Assembly (NCBI GenBank): GCA_964035545.1
Contig: OZ037771.1
Location: 10,110,480-10,174,479, forward strand
Source of the DNA: Bugula neritina
Taxonomy: Eukaryota > Animalia > Bryozoa
Direction: 5' to 3'
Length of the DNA stretch: 64,000 bases
Positions 61,801-64,000 of this stretch are shown here, in pieces. How positions within the stretch are numbered: position 1 is the stretch's first letter; each line of letters opens with the position of its first letter. The notes under the pieces were generated by a model. That model had not been told where the DNA came from. It saw only the letters and a list, made by a program, of their open reading frames with translations, and ran no database searches. The position numbers were made by a program, and so were the translations under genes.

Positions 61801-64000
61801 GCAACATACTGAAATACACTGTAACATACTCAAATACACTGCAACATTCTGCAACATATTGAAATATACTGCAACACACTGAAATATACTGCAACACACT
61901 GAAATATACTGCAAAATACTGAAATATACTTCAACATACTGCAACATACTGAAAGACACTACAACTCACTGAAGTATAGTGCAATATACAGAAATGTACT
62001 CTAACATACTGATATTTAATGTTACACACTGAAATATACTAAAACATACTGAAATACACTGTAACACACCGAAATAAGCTGCAACATACTGCAACATACT
62101 GAAATACACCGTAACATGATGAAGTACACTGCAACACATTGAAATACACTGCAACAAACTGAAATATACTGCAACATACTGAAATGCACTGCAACATACT
62201 GAAATACATTGCAACATATCGAAGTATATCGTAATAAATGGACATGTACTGAAACATACTGAAACATACTGAAACATACTGAAACATACTGAAACATACT
62301 GAAATACACTGTAACAAACTGAAATACACTGCAACAAGTTGGAATATACTGCAACATACCCAAGTATATGGTAATATAATGAAATGTACTGCAACATACC
62401 GCAACATACTCAAAAACACTGTAACAAACTGAAATACGCTGCAACACATTGGAATAAACTGCGACATATCGAAATAAATGGTAATATACTGAAATATATT
62501 GAAATACACTGTAACACATTGAAAAATACTGCAACATACTGAAACACACTACAACTCGCTGAAGTATAGTGTAACTTACTGAAATGTACTGTAACATAAT
62601 GATATTTACTGCAACACACTGAAACATACTGCAACATACTGAAATACACTGTTACATACTAAAATACACTGCAACATACTAAAATACACTGCAACAACCT
62701 GCAACATTCTGCAACATACTTCAACATACTGAAAAACACTGTAACAAACTGAAATACGCTGCAACACATTGGAATATACTGCAACATACCCAAATAAATG
62801 GTAACATACTGAAATATACTGAAATACAATGTAACACATTGAAAAATACTGCAACACACTGAAAGACACTACAACTCACTGAAGTATAGTGTAATATATG
62901 AAAACGTACTGTAACATACTGATATTTACTGCAACACACTGAAATATACTGCAACATACTGAAATACACTGTTACATGCCAAAATAAACTGCAACATACT
63001 GCAACATACTGAAATACACTGTAACATACTCAAATACACGGCAACATTCTGCAACATATTGAAATATACTGCAACACACTGAAATATACTGCAACACATC
63101 CAAGTAGACTGTAATATACGGACATGTACTGTAACATACTGAAACAAAATGAAATATACTGTAACACTCTGAGTAATACTGCAAAATGCTGAAATATACT
63201 GTAACACAGTGAAGTATACTGCAAAATTCTGAAACATACTGCAACATACTAAAACATGAGCAATATACTGAAAAATGCCTCAGCATACTCAAATATACTG
63301 CAAGATGCTGCAACATACGTAAATACACTGTAACATACTGAAATACACTGCAACATACTGCAGCATACTGAAGTACACTGTAAAATATTGAAATACACTG
63401 CAACACATTGGAATATACTGCAACACACTGAAATATACTGCAACATACTGAAATATACTGCAACATACTGCAACATACTAAAGTGCACTGTAACATACTG
63501 TAACTTACTGAAATACACGGCAACAAACTGTAACATACTGAAACACACTGAAACATACTGAAACATACTGAAACATACTGAGACATACTGAAATACACTG
63601 CAACATACTGAAACATACTGAAATATACTGAAATATACTAAAATACACTGGAACACATTGAAAAATACTGCAACATACTGAAAGACACTTCAACCCACTG
63701 AAGTATAGTGTAATATACGGAAATGTACTGTAACATACTGATATTTACTGTAACACACTGAAATATACTGCAACATACTGAAATACACTGTAACATACCG
63801 AAATAAACTGCAACATAATGCAACATACTGAATTACACTGTAACATACTAAAATACACTGCAACATTCTGCAACATACTTCAACGTACTGAAAGACACTG
63901 TAACATAATGAAATACACTGCAACACATTGAAATATACCGCAACAGACTGGAATATACTGCAACACATCCAAGTACATCGTAATATACGGACATGTACTG
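46856..64000 (+). repeat. 5459 bp HOR, right block: three full near-identical copies plus a partial copy
   Basis: ORF offsets 46872/52331/57790/63249 are +5459. It matches the left block at +46786. The family-diagnostic variant gcaattaaaagaaa occurs at ~2551, 49337, 54796 and 60255. Confidence 0.96.

Larger units (their letters stand above)
1..64000 (+). repeat. Decamer-based tandem satellite array (consensus CATACTGAAA/CATACTGCAA; YAYACTGHAA), ~6400 monomers, all head-to-tail, continuing past both window edges
   Basis: Every 10-base block is a variant of catactgaaa/catactgcaa/tacactgtaa/tatactgcaa (e.g. 891-1030). The + strand is A/C-rich and G-poor throughout, and no unique sequence is seen. 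Confidence 0.99.

Noticed and set aside
86-63968. Hundreds of - strand ORFs (up to 338 aa, 41840..42856) encoding Cys/Val/Ser/Tyr/Phe-rich FQYVSVCFSM/LQYVAVCCSM repeats
   Set aside because: (TTTCAGTATG)n has no stop codon in any frame and supplies an ATG in every unit, so ORFs overlap in all three frames with the same decapeptide. Stops come only from variant decamers. There is no frame preference or domain. Any database hits to similar hypothetical proteins would probably be the same artefact.
1-64000. CRISPR-like reading (conserved landmark plus variable intervals)
   Set aside because: The intervals are 260-1478 bp of the same decamer rather than unique 25-45 bp spacers, and there are no cas genes or leader.
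1-64000. Telomeric repeat array
   Set aside because: There is no G-run-rich strand. Monomers are heterogeneous and organised in kb-scale HORs, unlike telomerase products. A subtelomeric location cannot be excluded.
1-64000. Assignment to a named satellite or organism (e.g. the Drosophila AATAACATAG decamer)
   Set aside because: Only AACATA is shared with that decamer. I do not recognise this family with confidence, and a database search is required.

Overview
The whole 64 kb window is one uninterrupted, single-orientation satellite array. It has no genes, RNA genes, transposons or unique flanking sequence. The basic unit is a decamer (consensus CATACTGAAA/CATACTGCAA, generalised YAYACTGHAA), often paired as a 20-mer. 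Above it are three more tiers. (1) A ~230-290 bp subunit is marked by a ~40 bp CpG-rich cassette that contains a CENP-B-box-like 17-mer. (2) About 109 modules of discrete lengths (260, 290, 499-520, 550, 590-700, 819-880, 1018, 1278/1478 bp) each open with the same landmark, GACACT(A/T)CAACTCACTGAAGTATAGTG. (3) Kb-scale higher-order repeats (HORs) are different concatenations of those modules. A near-identical 5459 bp HOR occupies both ends (1-~7.0 kb and ~46.86-64 kb). It encloses a ~40 kb island of other HORs (4749, 1650, 4536/4336 and 1718 bp periods, plus a 4805 bp-offset duplicate). The 10-bp register is broken only by three recurrent -1 units and one compensating +1 unit. One HOR copy carries a template-switch micro-inversion at 49491-49509. 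All ORFs in the track are artefacts of a decamer that has no stop codon on the - strand. The architecture resembles eukaryotic centromeric/pericentromeric satellite, but that is inference; organism and function cannot be read from the sequence. Periods were derived by eye and from ORF-track offsets, so breakpoints are accurate only to a few decamers.
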